Assembly (NCBI GenBank): GCA_000320545.1
Contig: ADNK01002891.1
Location: 1 to 53,976, forward strand
DNA length: 53,976 nt
Direction of reading: 5' to 3'
Source: Bigelowiella natans CCMP2755
Taxonomy: Eukaryota > Protista > Cercozoa
The position numbers and the translations under genes were made by a program. This document shows positions 1 through 12,621 of this stretch, piece by piece. A model generated the notes under the pieces. The model made no database searches, was not told where the DNA came from, and was given only the letters and a program-made list of their open reading frames with translations. Positions within the stretch are counted from its first letter, which is position 1, and every line of letters begins with the position of its first letter.

Positions 1-450
1 TCTAGACATATCACTGACATGCAAGGACCAATGAGTCCGTGCGCGTGCACGCGGGAAAACACATGCACGTGCACGTCTAGACTTGCTCACTCTTCACGTG
101 CTAGCGTGTACTGATGAAAAGAGCACACGTGACCTTTCCAACTTTCACTTCGTCTGGTCACGTCCACACACACGCATTAAACTAGCAAACAGATCACGAC
201 ACGTGTGCCAACGATGAAATGCTTCGCACGGCACGTCACGTTTTGTCAAAAGCATTGTTCATCACGGTGCACGCAGCACACTTTCTGTGATAAAGTGCCG
301 CGCACGCAGGCTAGCAGGGCAACAGCGCAAGAGAACGCAGGCTGACAGGGTCAGCACAACTGGACAAGCTAGCAAGGCTCTTGTTTGGAAGGCGTTGCCA
401 TGTTGCGAGCTAAACGAGGATGAATGTCACGTGTCATTGACTACAAATGT
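1..450. other. TpA-depleted degenerate (probably repeat-derived) sequence
   Basis: About 12 TA in 450 bp, half of them in CTAG; rich in CA/TG/CACGTG/TGCA; abuts the MITE. Confidence 0.6.
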
Positions 451-757
451 GAGACGGATGTAATGAAGAATTAAAATTTTTCAATGGTCATCCTGATGTG
501 GCTGTGCAATGCAGCGGATGTGTGATGCACATATGCTGCATCTGTGGTGACTTCTCTGTCTAACTATGCAATTGGTGGTCTAGCGGTTGTGTGATTTAGC
601 TTTGGCCTTTGTCGTCACACGATGCCAGCGATGCTACATGTCTTACCTTTCAGATAAATCGCATGCATACGACACAACCTAAGCGCTGTACGTAGCCGCT
701 GCTTTGCATATGGATTACTATTGAAAAGATTCAATCACTTCATTACATCCGTCTCAC
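449..757. mobile_element. Non-autonomous TIR element (MITE-like), ~309 bp
   Basis: Perfect 20-bp inverted repeat GTGAGACGGATGTAATGAAG (449-468) / CTTCATTACATCCGTCTCAC (738-757), extending imperfectly to ~45 bp (…TTTTCAATGGTCATCC vs …TTTTCAATAGTAATCC). No ORF inside. The same terminus recurs at 29521-29578 and ~41750-41815. Confidence 0.75.
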
Positions 758-1460
758 GATTACTCCGCTGATCATGTTCATACGCAGCATCTTGTTAGAT
801 GATAATTTAGCTCCTCTTTAATATCGACGTATTTCCATGACTTAGATGTCCTACTTCTACATTTACGTGGCCATAATTCATGCGTTTGTAAATGGCTTCA
901 ATACGCTACACTTGTACACACACACCGCTCCCTAATCACCCGCACACATTCATCTAGGTACACGTAGTAAGACTCTAGCCCGGTCAGTGCTGCCTGCGTG
1001 CATTCTCGATAAGCCTTTCCGTCACATCGTCAATCTGATGACCGAAGGAACAGACGCAACATTAACCATCGTCCGACATACAAATAGTATATCCTCAGAA
1101 AACAGTGCTTCACAAATTCAGCCGCTCTCTCTTACCCAGTTTGGATAAGTTACTCGCCGCGAGGACGATGAAACACAAGCGCCCGCAGCAACGCAGAAAG
1201 AATCTTTGCATACCTGGATATTGTCTGCTGCTTTGTGCAGCTCTGCAACTAGACTTTCGACTAGAGAGCGTCTACACACACACGTGTGTTTTATAATAAA
1301 CATCATAGGGATTAGGTATTGAAGTGGTAATCTCTGCAGATAATCGGCAAATTCACGTGCGAGTGTGATAACAAATGTCAAATATTAACAATTTGTATAT
1401 TCGATTGACATCAATACCACTTGAATCATATTCAGTATGATCCTCCTCGTAGGAATGGTA

Positions 1461-1685
1461 TCAAATACACAAAGGGCCGCGATAAATACCATACCTTAAG
1501 TTTTGATTCTCCTCTCGACTCTGCTTGAAGCCCCCCCCTCCGTGCTCCGTTTCCGCCCCGCAATCATCCATTGTTGCTAGGGAGGCAAGAGCAATCTGAA
1601 ACATTTTCAATGTGCGGGTGTCCGGGGATATGTCCTGCAGCAAACGCCTGGCACATTGCGTCCCCTCCCGTCCTTCGTAGAGAGA

Positions 1686-1723
<38 letters not shown>

Positions 1724-2934
1724 AAAGAGGGGGGTAAGAGGGGAGTCTTTACGAATACGCAGCGATGTTCGAAAAGAGATTGTCGTATAGCCGCACTATT
1801 CATATATCACATATTCTATCCAAAACTGCCACCTCTCCTTAGCGCTGAGAGGAGAAGAGTGTCAGCGATTTGGAGAGAAGTAGTAGAGTTGGTAGCAGCA
1901 GCAGCTTCACCGCCCTCCCCTTCATCATTGCCATAAGGCTTTTGCGCCAAAGTACGGTGAATGTCAACTGCATCCTTCCACGCCCCTTGCCGCTCAGACG
2001 AATGGAGGGCTAAAAACGATATATCTCTCTGCGGCTTGTACCTAAGAGCATCACCAGTACACATCATTGAAGGGCAGTGTTTGCTGTCCAACACATGCTA
2101 TCACACACTTCTGGAGAAGTAGTAGTAGTATTCTTATAGATATTAGTAGTAGTTGTGGTTGCAGTAGTAGCCGCGGCAGAGGCTCAGCATACCCATTTGC
2201 AAGCATTTGGCGAAAGAGAGCCAACACCTGTCGTTAGCATATATATGGTTTCTCATATCTACCAATGGTCAAACCGAGAGGAAAATCAACCGGTAATAAT
2301 AATCACCTTACGGTGCTGCTGTTTCTGTGCAAAGAGTGATATAAGCCGAGCATAAATGGACGCAGTAGCCTTGAAACTACCAGCGTTCTCTTCATAAAAC
2401 CTTTCCTCGAAAATCTCGCTGGCTCTAACATCGTCTCCAGCAGCAATATAGGCATTCAAGACCGCTAAGCTGTAAGCAGCATTGGAGGTGTAGCCCTCCT
2501 GCATTTGTTTATGCACGGCGGAAGAACATAAGAGGTGTAAATGGGGGGGGAAAGGCGAACTCTTTCAGCAATAGCAATCACACTACAATGGCAAATACAC
2601 AACGGCAAATAACCTGCGTCTTAACAGCGACATGTGGTGTTCCAGAGCCCCCCTCCCCACTGAGAACTGCCAAAGCACGCTGCCAATGTCCGCATTGAAG
2701 ACAGGCATTGGCGACTATCGTCAGCGAGTGAGCGTTGGGCTGCACCTCCGCGGACTTCTCGGCGCGTTGGTAGAGTCGTTGAAGCAGAACGCAAGCCTTT
2801 TCCCATTGCCTACGGTTTTTGTGGTAGAAGGATTTCGAGCGTGCATCTCGTACATTCGTGCTGTAAATACAGCGTGCAAACTCTACTAAAATGGCTAGGG
2901 TAAGCAGCATTCCTTCCCATCTTCTCCCCCCCTC

Positions 2935-2978
<44 letters not shown>

Positions 2979-3483
2979 TCTCTCCCTCTCTCTTCCTCTC
3001 TCTCTCTCTGTGTGTGTATGTTTGTATGCGACACGGCGTGAGCATTGCATGATGGCCAAAGATTTACCCCAATCCCCCGTAGCAGTAGGCGGCTAGATTT
3101 GCTGTTTTCAAGTTATACGATTCACCAGCTCTCTGCTCTATGAAGGCAAGAGCGGCAGCCCACTGATGCGATTTCGCAATAACATGCACTCCAGCATTTA
3201 GCAGAGGGGCGGGTATGCTCGATGACGACGCCTGGTGCCGCGAATTTTTCGTTCGTTTTGAGGAGGGGTGAGGGAACCCTTCAGTCATCACGCGCATTGC
3301 TATATCAACGGCCCTGTATTTGTAAAAAAATGGAGAAGGAGGAGGAGGAGAGGAAGAAAGGGGGAGAGGAGGAGGAAGCAATAAGAAACACGTCAAGGCT
3401 TGATATATAGTAATCCCCCCCCTCTCTCTCTTTCAGATATATTTATCCCATACACGCATATAGCACATATAAACACTCCCATA

Positions 3484-3516
<33 letters not shown>

Positions 3517-3529
3517 TCTCACACACTCA

Positions 3530-3577
<48 letters not shown>

Positions 3578-4090
3578 GGGTACATATACTCATAGTTTAT
3601 CACCCTTCCTGTTGATGAACATCAAGAGCTATGGCCGATAGAAACGCTGTTTTAAGGGCGGTGCTCTCATGCCAGCTCAATCGATTTCTTCTTAACTCGT
3701 AGTGCTGCACCAGCGATCTAATGTCAAGACCATCAATACCATTGCGAGTCCCATATTCTCCAATACCGTTTTCTTCACACCTCCCACAGCGACTTCTACT
3801 ACCACTTCTACTACTATTCCTACTACTACTTATACTACTACTGCTACTATTTGCATTAAAATGTATCTCATTCTCATTAAGGCTGCAAGGAATCTGCTGC
3901 TGCATAGTCCCTGCAGAGAAGCTGGTTCTCCCTTTTTCTTCACAGTGTTTATCCACATCATCGTCGCCACACTCAGGAAGAGCTTTTTCATCAGAGGTGT
4001 CGTAAACCATGGCGTTTGCTGGGGGTCCTTCCTTCCTTTCATTTATACTACTTCTACTACAACGACTCGTTCTATTACAATTATTACTAT

Positions 4091-4123
<33 letters not shown>

Positions 4124-4410
4124 AACTACTACTACTAGCACTATGATCATCAATATTTACGATCCCCAAGCTTGCCAAATGATGGTGATTGCTGCTATCA
4201 TCGAGTTGAGAAAGCCGTAAAAACCGCAGGGCAGTCTGCCACCCGAGCAGCTTCACAGAAGGGAACATTATCGCTATGTAGGAATCCAAGGACAACTCGA
4301 CGGAGAGTTCCTTCATTTTCTTGAAAATCCCCAAGGCCTTTTTCCACTCCCTCCCGTGAGAATATGCGCGAATCAAAGCAGAGTACACCTGTGCAAATGT
4401 GTGTGCGTGC

Positions 4411-4443
<33 letters not shown>

Positions 4444-7400
4444 CGCGCGCGCGCGTGCGTGAGTGTGCATCTAATTGCATATGGCAATGTGTGCATTATT
4501 TTGGAGGTGAAATTGGTTTTCCTCCCTCCTCCCCGGCTAGGTGCTATCTACCTTGCTCATTTCAATGGGAGGATAGGGGGCAAGCCTACTGTAGCCGCCA
4601 CGCTCCTGCACAGCATATATTAGACATATATCCGGTGTAAACATTTAACTTTGATATTATATGTGCTCAGGAGTATTCTCTTAATGCCCATACCGTGGAG
4701 ATAGTGTAGAAGATCTGTTGTGCTCGCTTCCATTGCTTTGCTTGCGCCAAGGCTGAAATCGCTGCTTCAAAGCCATGCTCTAAGGCTAAAGCCCTAGCAT
4801 GTTTCGCCGACGGGGATGGTGGGGAATTCTGCCATTTCTGAGAACGCACACACAACCACGTAGATTCAGAGCTATGCATGCATTGTAATGCCAGCTTTCT
4901 TGCGCTTGTGCTTGGTTTTGATGGGCAATTAAATGTGTTTGCTGCTGCTACTGCCGTCGGTGTTTGACCTTCGCATCTTCCAGGAGCTGTAGTATAATCT
5001 GGTGAAATATGGCAGTTAGTTTAAGATCAAGAGGAAACTCGGCACAGAGATGGCATGTTCGATGATCTTTGACAACACCTTCCAATAGCCATTCACCCCA
5101 GAGGCCTTGAGCACTGCATTAAACACAAAGGAGACGGAAAGACCATCCTCTTCCTCGTAGCCATTTCGGCCAAGAGCGGCCTCCTTGAATGTGCTATAAA
5201 GCGTAAGAGCCTTTCTTGGTTTGCCCGCTTTTCCACACGCGGCAATGGCATGGGAGATAAGGAACGGCGACGAGACCGCGCCCTGCCCGCATATATTCAG
5301 AACATCGAGAGCCATCTCCCTAGAAGATAGTGCGTTGAGAAGTAAGAGGCAAGCTAGGCTGCATTGATATGGCGTCGAGATTTTATGTTAGAGTTTTGGA
5401 TTTGAATGCTTCATGGTGGATACGCGTGAGTGGGAAGGCCTCTTTTTCGTCGCCAATCAAATGGACCGGTATATCGTATATAGTACACAAATGGATAACA
5501 AACTTGGGGGAAGGGGGGGGGGGGGGGGGTAGAAAGAAGGACAACCACTGTGCGAACTTGCTAGAGAGCCCCATGACGACCGTGTAGTGATGAGGAAGGA
5601 TAGGCCTCCCACCCGTTGATATGAGCTGCGTATGTGTGATTCCGATTTGACCTTTTGAGTCTATAGAAGGCAGCTTATCATCCGCACTTCTCATCGCTTG
5701 TTGTTGTTGTTGCGGAGGAGGAGGCGTCATCGATTTGCTTGAGTAGAATGCCCGGAAGTAGCGGATGGCCCCTCGCCAGTTGTTCTCACGGGAACACGCG
5801 TTGAGAATGTGGGAGAGGTGCCGCGCAGTTGGAGAGAGAGACTGTGTGCGTATGTGTGTGTGTGTGTGCGCAGCAACGAGTACGAATTACAAGGGTTTTT
5901 TTGGCTGAATTTGTGGATGTTTTCCTCTGATCATGGATGCGAGTGTGCGTGGTTGACGGCTGTGTGTGTGTGTGTGTGTGTGCTTGTGCGTGTGCGTGTA
6001 GGTGCTGCTCAAGTATCACCATCGCCTTCAAATCATAGAGCACTCTCTCGGCCTCGGAAAGGGTCAAATTCGTCCCTAACACGGCCCCATGGAGAGAGCC
6101 TGAGAAGTATTGCTCTGCCTCTTTCTTGCCACCGTACTTTCTCCGGGCAGTTCGGAGGAGATGAAGAGCTTTCTTTGCCCCCTCCCTCCCCCCCTGTGCG
6201 CAGCAAGTAGCAGCCGCGGCGTATGTTCCTATCAAGTGGTATGGTGGGGGGTGATTGCAGCCGAAAAATGGCTATAGCGATGATGATGATGATGATGATG
6301 ATGATGGTGATGATGGTGAGGATAATGATGATAGGCACGATATTAGAGTGATGATCTTATGATTCTTCTGTTTGACGAATATGAAGATGAGCTAGTATCT
6401 TTACTACCCTCATCAGGTTTTATGCCAAGATCATGCTCTAGAAGGTGTAGAAGGCGAAACGCTGTTTCCCATGCAGCATGGTCCTCCTTCGTGTTCTTGC
6501 AGGCATAGATGGCAGCATTGAAAAGATTCACAATGCTTCGGTCTGCCATCATCGCTGCAAGTATTAATATATATAAAATACATATATGGATAATATTTAT
6601 ATTATTTTTATCCAAGATATATAACATATTCGTGTGTGATAGCAAAACACGAACAGTGTTAGTTGCCCTACCCACTGTATCTAGGTCATCATACCTTGTT
6701 GTCCTTCTCGTCCACTCCCCCCCCCAGCCCCCCCCCGCTTCGCATCTTTCGATTTTTTGTGGTTCTTCACGGCTGTGAGCAGTAGCGCCACTGCATTGCG
6801 GGAGTCGTTGATTTGCCCATAGGCCTTGATCGCGCTTAAGAATATGACGCCCTCCCCCTCTCCGAAGGCAGACGACGTCGTCGGACTCGAGGAGTCGCTG
6901 CTAGGGCGGGAGTTTTCTTTCATGATATTAGTGTAGTAATCTCGAAATATTTTGAGTGCCATACGAGGCCGTGAGGCGTCGAGGAGCGTCTGTAGTACGG
7001 TGGAGAGATGGAAAGCGTTGGCATTCGAGGTTTGAGCCAGCGTCTCAAGCGTCTGGATCGATTCCTTAGGGAGGAAGGGGTAGGGTGGAAGAGGGAGAAG
7101 CGGAGCAAGAGGAAAGAAAGGTTGAGCACATCCTTAGAGGACGGACGGCATGTTTCAAAATAGACTCTGCGAGTATATATCACAAGAGTACTCGTCGTCA
7201 TCGTTCTCATCATTATTATCATAATTACCATCATCATTATCATCATATTATCGTTACCCGCATCACCATCATCATCATTATCATCATCATCATCACCACA
7301 GCAATCAGTGAAATACCTTCCATTTCCTACCCCTGCGCAGACACTCCATGTAAACACCGTACAGCACCGGGTTAAGGTTTGTTGTGGGGACACGAATAGC

Positions 7401-7633
7401 GCCATCAGCCCCCTCCCTATGTCTGGCTGCCTTCTGCACGAGGCGGCCGTTTTCATACGTCGCTCGTTCGAAAATAGCGATTCCCTCTCTCCATCTCCCG
7501 CTTTTGGCGGCAGCATTCATGCCAGCAGCGTACACGTAGCTGTTGAGGAAGGTGCTGCGAGCTGCGGAGAGGAAGTACTTCTCCATGATCTTTCGGAATA
7601 GTCGCAGCGCTTTATCGGGCCTGAGTGTTGTGA

Positions 7634-7666
<33 letters not shown>

Positions 7667-8166
7667 GTGGTGGTGATGGTGATGATGATGGCGAATGGGA
7701 GGGCAGCTTTGTACGAAATCACTCGAGTCCCACACAACAAATACTCCAACCCTTCCTCGCGACTGACCTCTTTCGCTTGATCAGACGAGTGATGGCTGAC
7801 GAGATAATGTATTCTGTATCTGCATTATCTTCTAGTCCCTCGAGTATTGACAGCAATCCGTTGTCGTCCCCTCTCTCGGCTACGTGTGTCAGATTTTGAA
7901 GAATTCGATGCTTCTCGGCCGGGGTAGACTTGCACTGCGTTGCTGCTGCCCCCGGATTTTGAGTGAAAATATGCGAACTCGAGCACCTCTGCTCTCTGAC
8001 GACGGATTGGCGAGCGGAGGAGCGATGTTCTACGAATATAAGGAGAAGAAAGGATACCGCGTGTTCGTGTGTTTATGCGCTCATGTCTGTGTCTTTGATC
8101 ATTGTTGCTTTGTATAGCACATCCTAGAAATCCTCCAGATACACCAAAACGCAGCAAGATGCTTAT
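1461..8166 (-). CDS. Multi-exon pentatricopeptide-repeat (PPR) protein, probably organelle-targeted; 5' end uncertain (possibly up to ~8460)
   Basis: Many PPR-type helix pairs in successive minus-strand exons: YVYAAGMNAAAKSGRWREGIAIFE, IFLSAIKAYGQINDSRNAVALL, LFNAAIYACKN..WETAFRLL..GIKPD, ISHAIAACGKAGKPRKALTLY, FEAAISALAQAKQWKRAQQIF, VYSALIRAYSHGREWKKALGIFKKM, PNAHSLTIVANACLQCGHWQRALAVL. Confidence 0.85.
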
Positions 8167-8880
8167 CTAAAGCCTAGTGCATCGTTGCCCCCCCCCCCCC
8201 GCGGAAAACAAATTACTCCTCTAGAATGAAAGTTGGCTAAGGACCTTGAGGGTGGGGGCGCAAGCCGAAATGATTCCGATAAGACCACTGATGGCTTTTG
8301 ATGGACCTGTGGACGGGGAACGTATTTATAGATGAACTCTCAAGCATAGATGCAAGCAAGAAGTTGAGTTGAAAGATAACTTGAGTCCTGTGTGAAGGAA
8401 AAGGACCTTGTGTTTGAAGGCTTTAAAGGCATTGCCCCTCCCCAAAGTACCAGCGCCTCCATGAACAACACACTAGCCACCAAGCTTCCAATCGAATAAG
8501 CTACCATTTCGTTCTCCGTCTCGCGCGGGAGTCTCTAACGTCCCTCCACCCCCCCTTGCGAAGGGGGAGGAGGCTTGAAATATACGAGAAGTGGTGGAAC
8601 GGGTGAATTCAGAAGGAAATGCCCTTAATTCGGACCAAAAAACCATTTTATCTCCCAGACGCATCCGAAAAATCCCCCTGCATTCCAGAATTTGATGACT
8701 AATTTCCGATGGACACCACCTGTTGTCTTTCGAGGGAGAAACATCGTACATATTTTTCCTATACTTGGAGAATTATATTAAGGAAGAAACATGGGGAATA
8801 TATCGTAATCTTTTTGACCAGAAATCAATACCATACCGCCGAGGAAGGACACCCACCCCCCTTGTTCTGCTTCGAGCACG

Positions 8881-10343
8881 ATGCTGGCGCGGGTGTCGCA
8901 AGTAGCGAAGCGGTTCCCTGTGATCTTTGGCGGGTGCACATTGGGAACTCGATATGTAAGGGGGAGTCGAAATGTTGTATGAGGAGATGTAGTGGTAGTT
9001 GAGGTGATAGCAGGATTGTGGCCTTCAGTGTCCTCACACGTAGGAGACGGTTAAAGAAGTCTTGTAATCAAATGTATGGTTATATTTGTGATCATGTGCT
9101 TTTGTCGTTCGTCATACGTAGGTACTTGGCGATGCATTCACTCAAACGGTAGTAGCCACCCGTATTCTGTCCTCAGCTATGCTCTAAGTCGAAGAATGTG
9201 TTACCGATCGCCCTGCTAAACACACGTCTTGTACATCGTTCATTATTATCGAGGAACGAATGATCCCACTAAATATGTAGTTAGAATGCATGCTCGCTCT
9301 CAGAGGTACACTGTCTGCTGGAGCTGAAGCGGTCATAATGCGTGTAATCATTGCCTGTGTGTAGGTCATCGAACAAACAGAAATTAAAGATATCAGCCTC
9401 AAAAGGACGCTATCCCTTGGGGTGCGACTATACATACATTAGTGCTGCATGATAACAGCTCATTCTATTCCACCGAACTTTGCTATTGTAATCCAAGAGA
9501 AGGCACAAAGAGAAGACTTAGATATTGATATGATTACAGTATATTGTCGTTCCTTGGTTTCAGCGACGTCTTTCGGTTCTCTAATACGCACTGGTGTGCA
9601 TGTACTTCACAGGTGTTTGGATTTATAATGGGGTCGGGACCTTTATACTGGTGGTTCGTTGAATACCTTCCCAAACGTTTCCTGGGTCTTCCAAAGTGGC
9701 AAGCAGTTATAGCAAGGTGACTATTCAATGTGATAATACTGCGACGGCCATGGCGATTGTTTATTTGCATGGCTATGCTGAAGTGGTGAGTAAAGATTTG
9801 AATCGAAGATAGTGGCGGATTTTCTCAAACATGCTATAACTTGTTTATACCGCATCAGATCCGTAACAGACGCCTGGACGCTGAGTAATGATTGATTTTT
9901 TTCCCCGATCTTAGCACATGTTTTTAGTCGTAATTCGCTCTCCAATCCCCCTCCTCCCATGCATGCTTATCTTGAATGAACATCCATGCATTCACTACAT
10001 AGCACGTTTTTAAATTATTTCTTTGAGGAAGTGAGAATAAAATGTTGATGAGAAATATATTAGAATTAAATCTGACAAATATTCAGTTTGTTTAGGTAAG
10101 AGCCATTTATTATTACAATAGGAGGTGTTTTCATTATTCATTATCATATATTACCTTTACAGTGCCGTTCTTCTATTTTCCGATCTTCTACCAAGTGAAG
10201 GAGGCGATTTTCTGGGATGGCAAAACGCCTTTATCAGAGGTAGCAGTGGTGCTAGCAGTATTCGTTGTTAAAATAGTTTAAATTTGATTTTGATAATATT
10301 GTACAAGTGTCTTATGTATGCGTGCGTATGTGTGTATGTGTAC

Positions 10344-10379
<36 letters not shown>

Positions 10380-10803
10380 CATACTTTATGTATGAAAGAA
10401 AGATGCATAAATTATACTTGTAGGTTCCAAAAATTGCTGCTAGGAAATATATAGACGGTGCGGTATTAATGGTTATTGCAATTTATGTGTGAGCGAATAT
10501 GTGTGCAAGTGTGTGCTGGTTTTACGAGGAAAGGGGTGCTTCATCGATGTATTATGTGATTTATTTGTGGGTTGTCTAGCATTCTACACCCTCATCACTA
10601 ATAAAATAGCGACAACTTTAATTTTTGGTCTTCTATGCAATTCTTGCGTTTGGTTTTGAGTCATCTCTGGTAAGTGATTCACTTGTTCTGGCTGTGCTGT
10701 TGAATATAGGTTTTGTCCCTGACATAATATCCTCGACGTAAGTGTATTTCTATCATATCATCATATCATCATCACTACCATCATTGTATATATCATCGAT
10801 TTC

Positions 10804-10844
<41 letters not shown>

Positions 10845-11189
10845 TATGTTATGGACTTTATTTTTTCAAAATTATAAATCCGTTGTCGTTTGTCTACTCG
10901 TACGTGCTGTTTGTGTATAACCGATGGTTTTTGCCTTTGCCCGATGATACAGGCAGGTGTGTGTCCCTATAAACATCGTATTATTCTCGTCCGTTCCAAG
11001 CCATTTTCGCGTACCTGCTTTGTCTCTGTTTGGCTTCATATGGGTAGATATAAATATTAGTAATACATCAAGATGAATACAAAACAATACTGATGCTGCT
11101 TTGTACCACAACAACATCATGGATGTGTCTATAATCGTAGCTCACATCATTGCCGTTGATATAGCCAGGTTTTATGGATGTCGTTATAA
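8881..11189 (+). CDS. Mpv17/PMP22-family membrane protein (multi-exon, not shown in the ORF track)
   Basis: Hand-spliced GT-AG exons give MLARVSQVAKRFPVIFGGCTLGTRY|VLGDAFTQT|VIEQTEIKDISLKRTLSLG|VFGFIMGSGPLYWWFVEYLPKRF…IARSVTDAWTLMPFFYFPIFYQVKEAIF…YIDGFVPDIISSTQVCVPINIVLFSSVPSHFRVPALSLFGFIW|VLWMSL*. This matches the Mpv17/PMP22 layout (GD..TQ, RT, P..YFP.FY, P.N....VP..FR). Confidence 0.75.
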
Positions 11190-11832
11190 CCGACCACGAG
11201 TCATTGATAGCGAATGCTGTTTGTGTATGCTCGTACTTTTGTAGATACTAACTCTATCTTCCCGACGGGGGGCACATGAAAATGAAAAAGACCTTGAATC
11301 ATCTCAATAGCAAGGCTGGACATTGCCGCCAAACAGTGAATGACAAAGAAAGAATATCCATTATCTCTAGACAACGGACATTTTGACTTCTTAAAAAACT
11401 CGTGCCCAGCCCTATTGGTTGTACTAATTGGTTGCAAAGTGATCAGGATGTGTGGGAACAGCCAAACGCTAATGGAAGTACCTGCACTAGTGCAGCATGC
11501 TCTACACATCTCTAGATCTAGACATGTAGTGCAGGTGTACATCGCCAGCATGCTAGCATGTCGCACAAAAGCACTAGAGCGGATGTGAACGCGTGTCCAA
11601 AAATGAAATTTCATGACAGCACATTGCAGGCGCGACGTATGTAGACGAGATTGCAATGCCCACATTGCATCATTGCGACGTACGTTCCTGCAGTGGAATC
11701 CACAAATCTGGAAATCACCGCTGGCTAGCGCTTGCTGGTCCAGTGGTGCTGCAATGTGTTGCAGGCTAATTCACGTGTGTGATGTGATGTGTGAGCAGTG
11801 ATGACAAATTGCTGCAACCGCCAATGGCGGTG

Positions 11833-12290
11833 TTACATGCGAAGGCTCACCCACGCAAAGCTAGAAAGCGAGGCGACGCACTGCACCCCGCATCCACACT
11901 CTTCAAATCCAGACACTCCGCAGACTTGTCTGTGCTTGCTGGCACTTTCAGGACCATCAGCCCCACCAACCGCAAACACCTTGCCATCCCCAAAAGCCAC
12001 ACCCAAAGCCAACCTCTCAGTGATCGTGTCAGGAATTTCCTTCCACCTCGCATCCACGTTCTTCAATGAATCCAGGTGCTCCGCAGGTTTGCCAACACCA
12101 TCAGGACCATCAGCCCCACCAACCGCAAAGAGCTTGCCATCTCCAATGACCACACCCAAAAAACTCCTCTCAGTCATTACGTCAGGAACTTCCTTCCATC
12201 CCGCATCCACGTTCTTCAAATCCAGACACTCCGCAGGTGTTTGCCACCGTCCTGGCATCGTCAGGATCGACAGCCAGCCCCACCAACAGC
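11833..12290 (-). pseudogene. Kelch-repeat gene fragment, degenerate paralog of the 40381-41721 gene
   Basis: About 2.5 Kelch repeats (ECLDLKNVDAGWKEVPD…GKLFAVGG) closely resembling the intact gene. Frameshifts between repeats, no usable start, no Tyr codons; lies in a TA-depleted island. Confidence 0.8.
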
Positions 12291-12621
12291 AGTGTCAGGA
12301 ACAAGAAGCTAGGATCATTGCGACGGGGGAAAACTAGATTGGCGAACAGCAGCAACAGCATCGAGCAGGACAATGGTTCGACGGAAAGCGAGGCATGAGC
12401 CATCATTTCTTTTTCGTTGTTTTTCATTTTCATGCACGTGTTGTGTGGAAGATCTTCACGGAGACTCTCCTTGCGGCGAATCCCGGGCTAGGACGCGGAT
12501 AAATCCTTGTCGCAATTTCCTAATTGACTGCGATTAAAAATGCGCGATAACCAGTGGCATTTTCTACTTGAGTCAACGGCTTTTTGCGAGCAATCCTAGA
12601 ACAATTCGCACGTGCGCCAGA

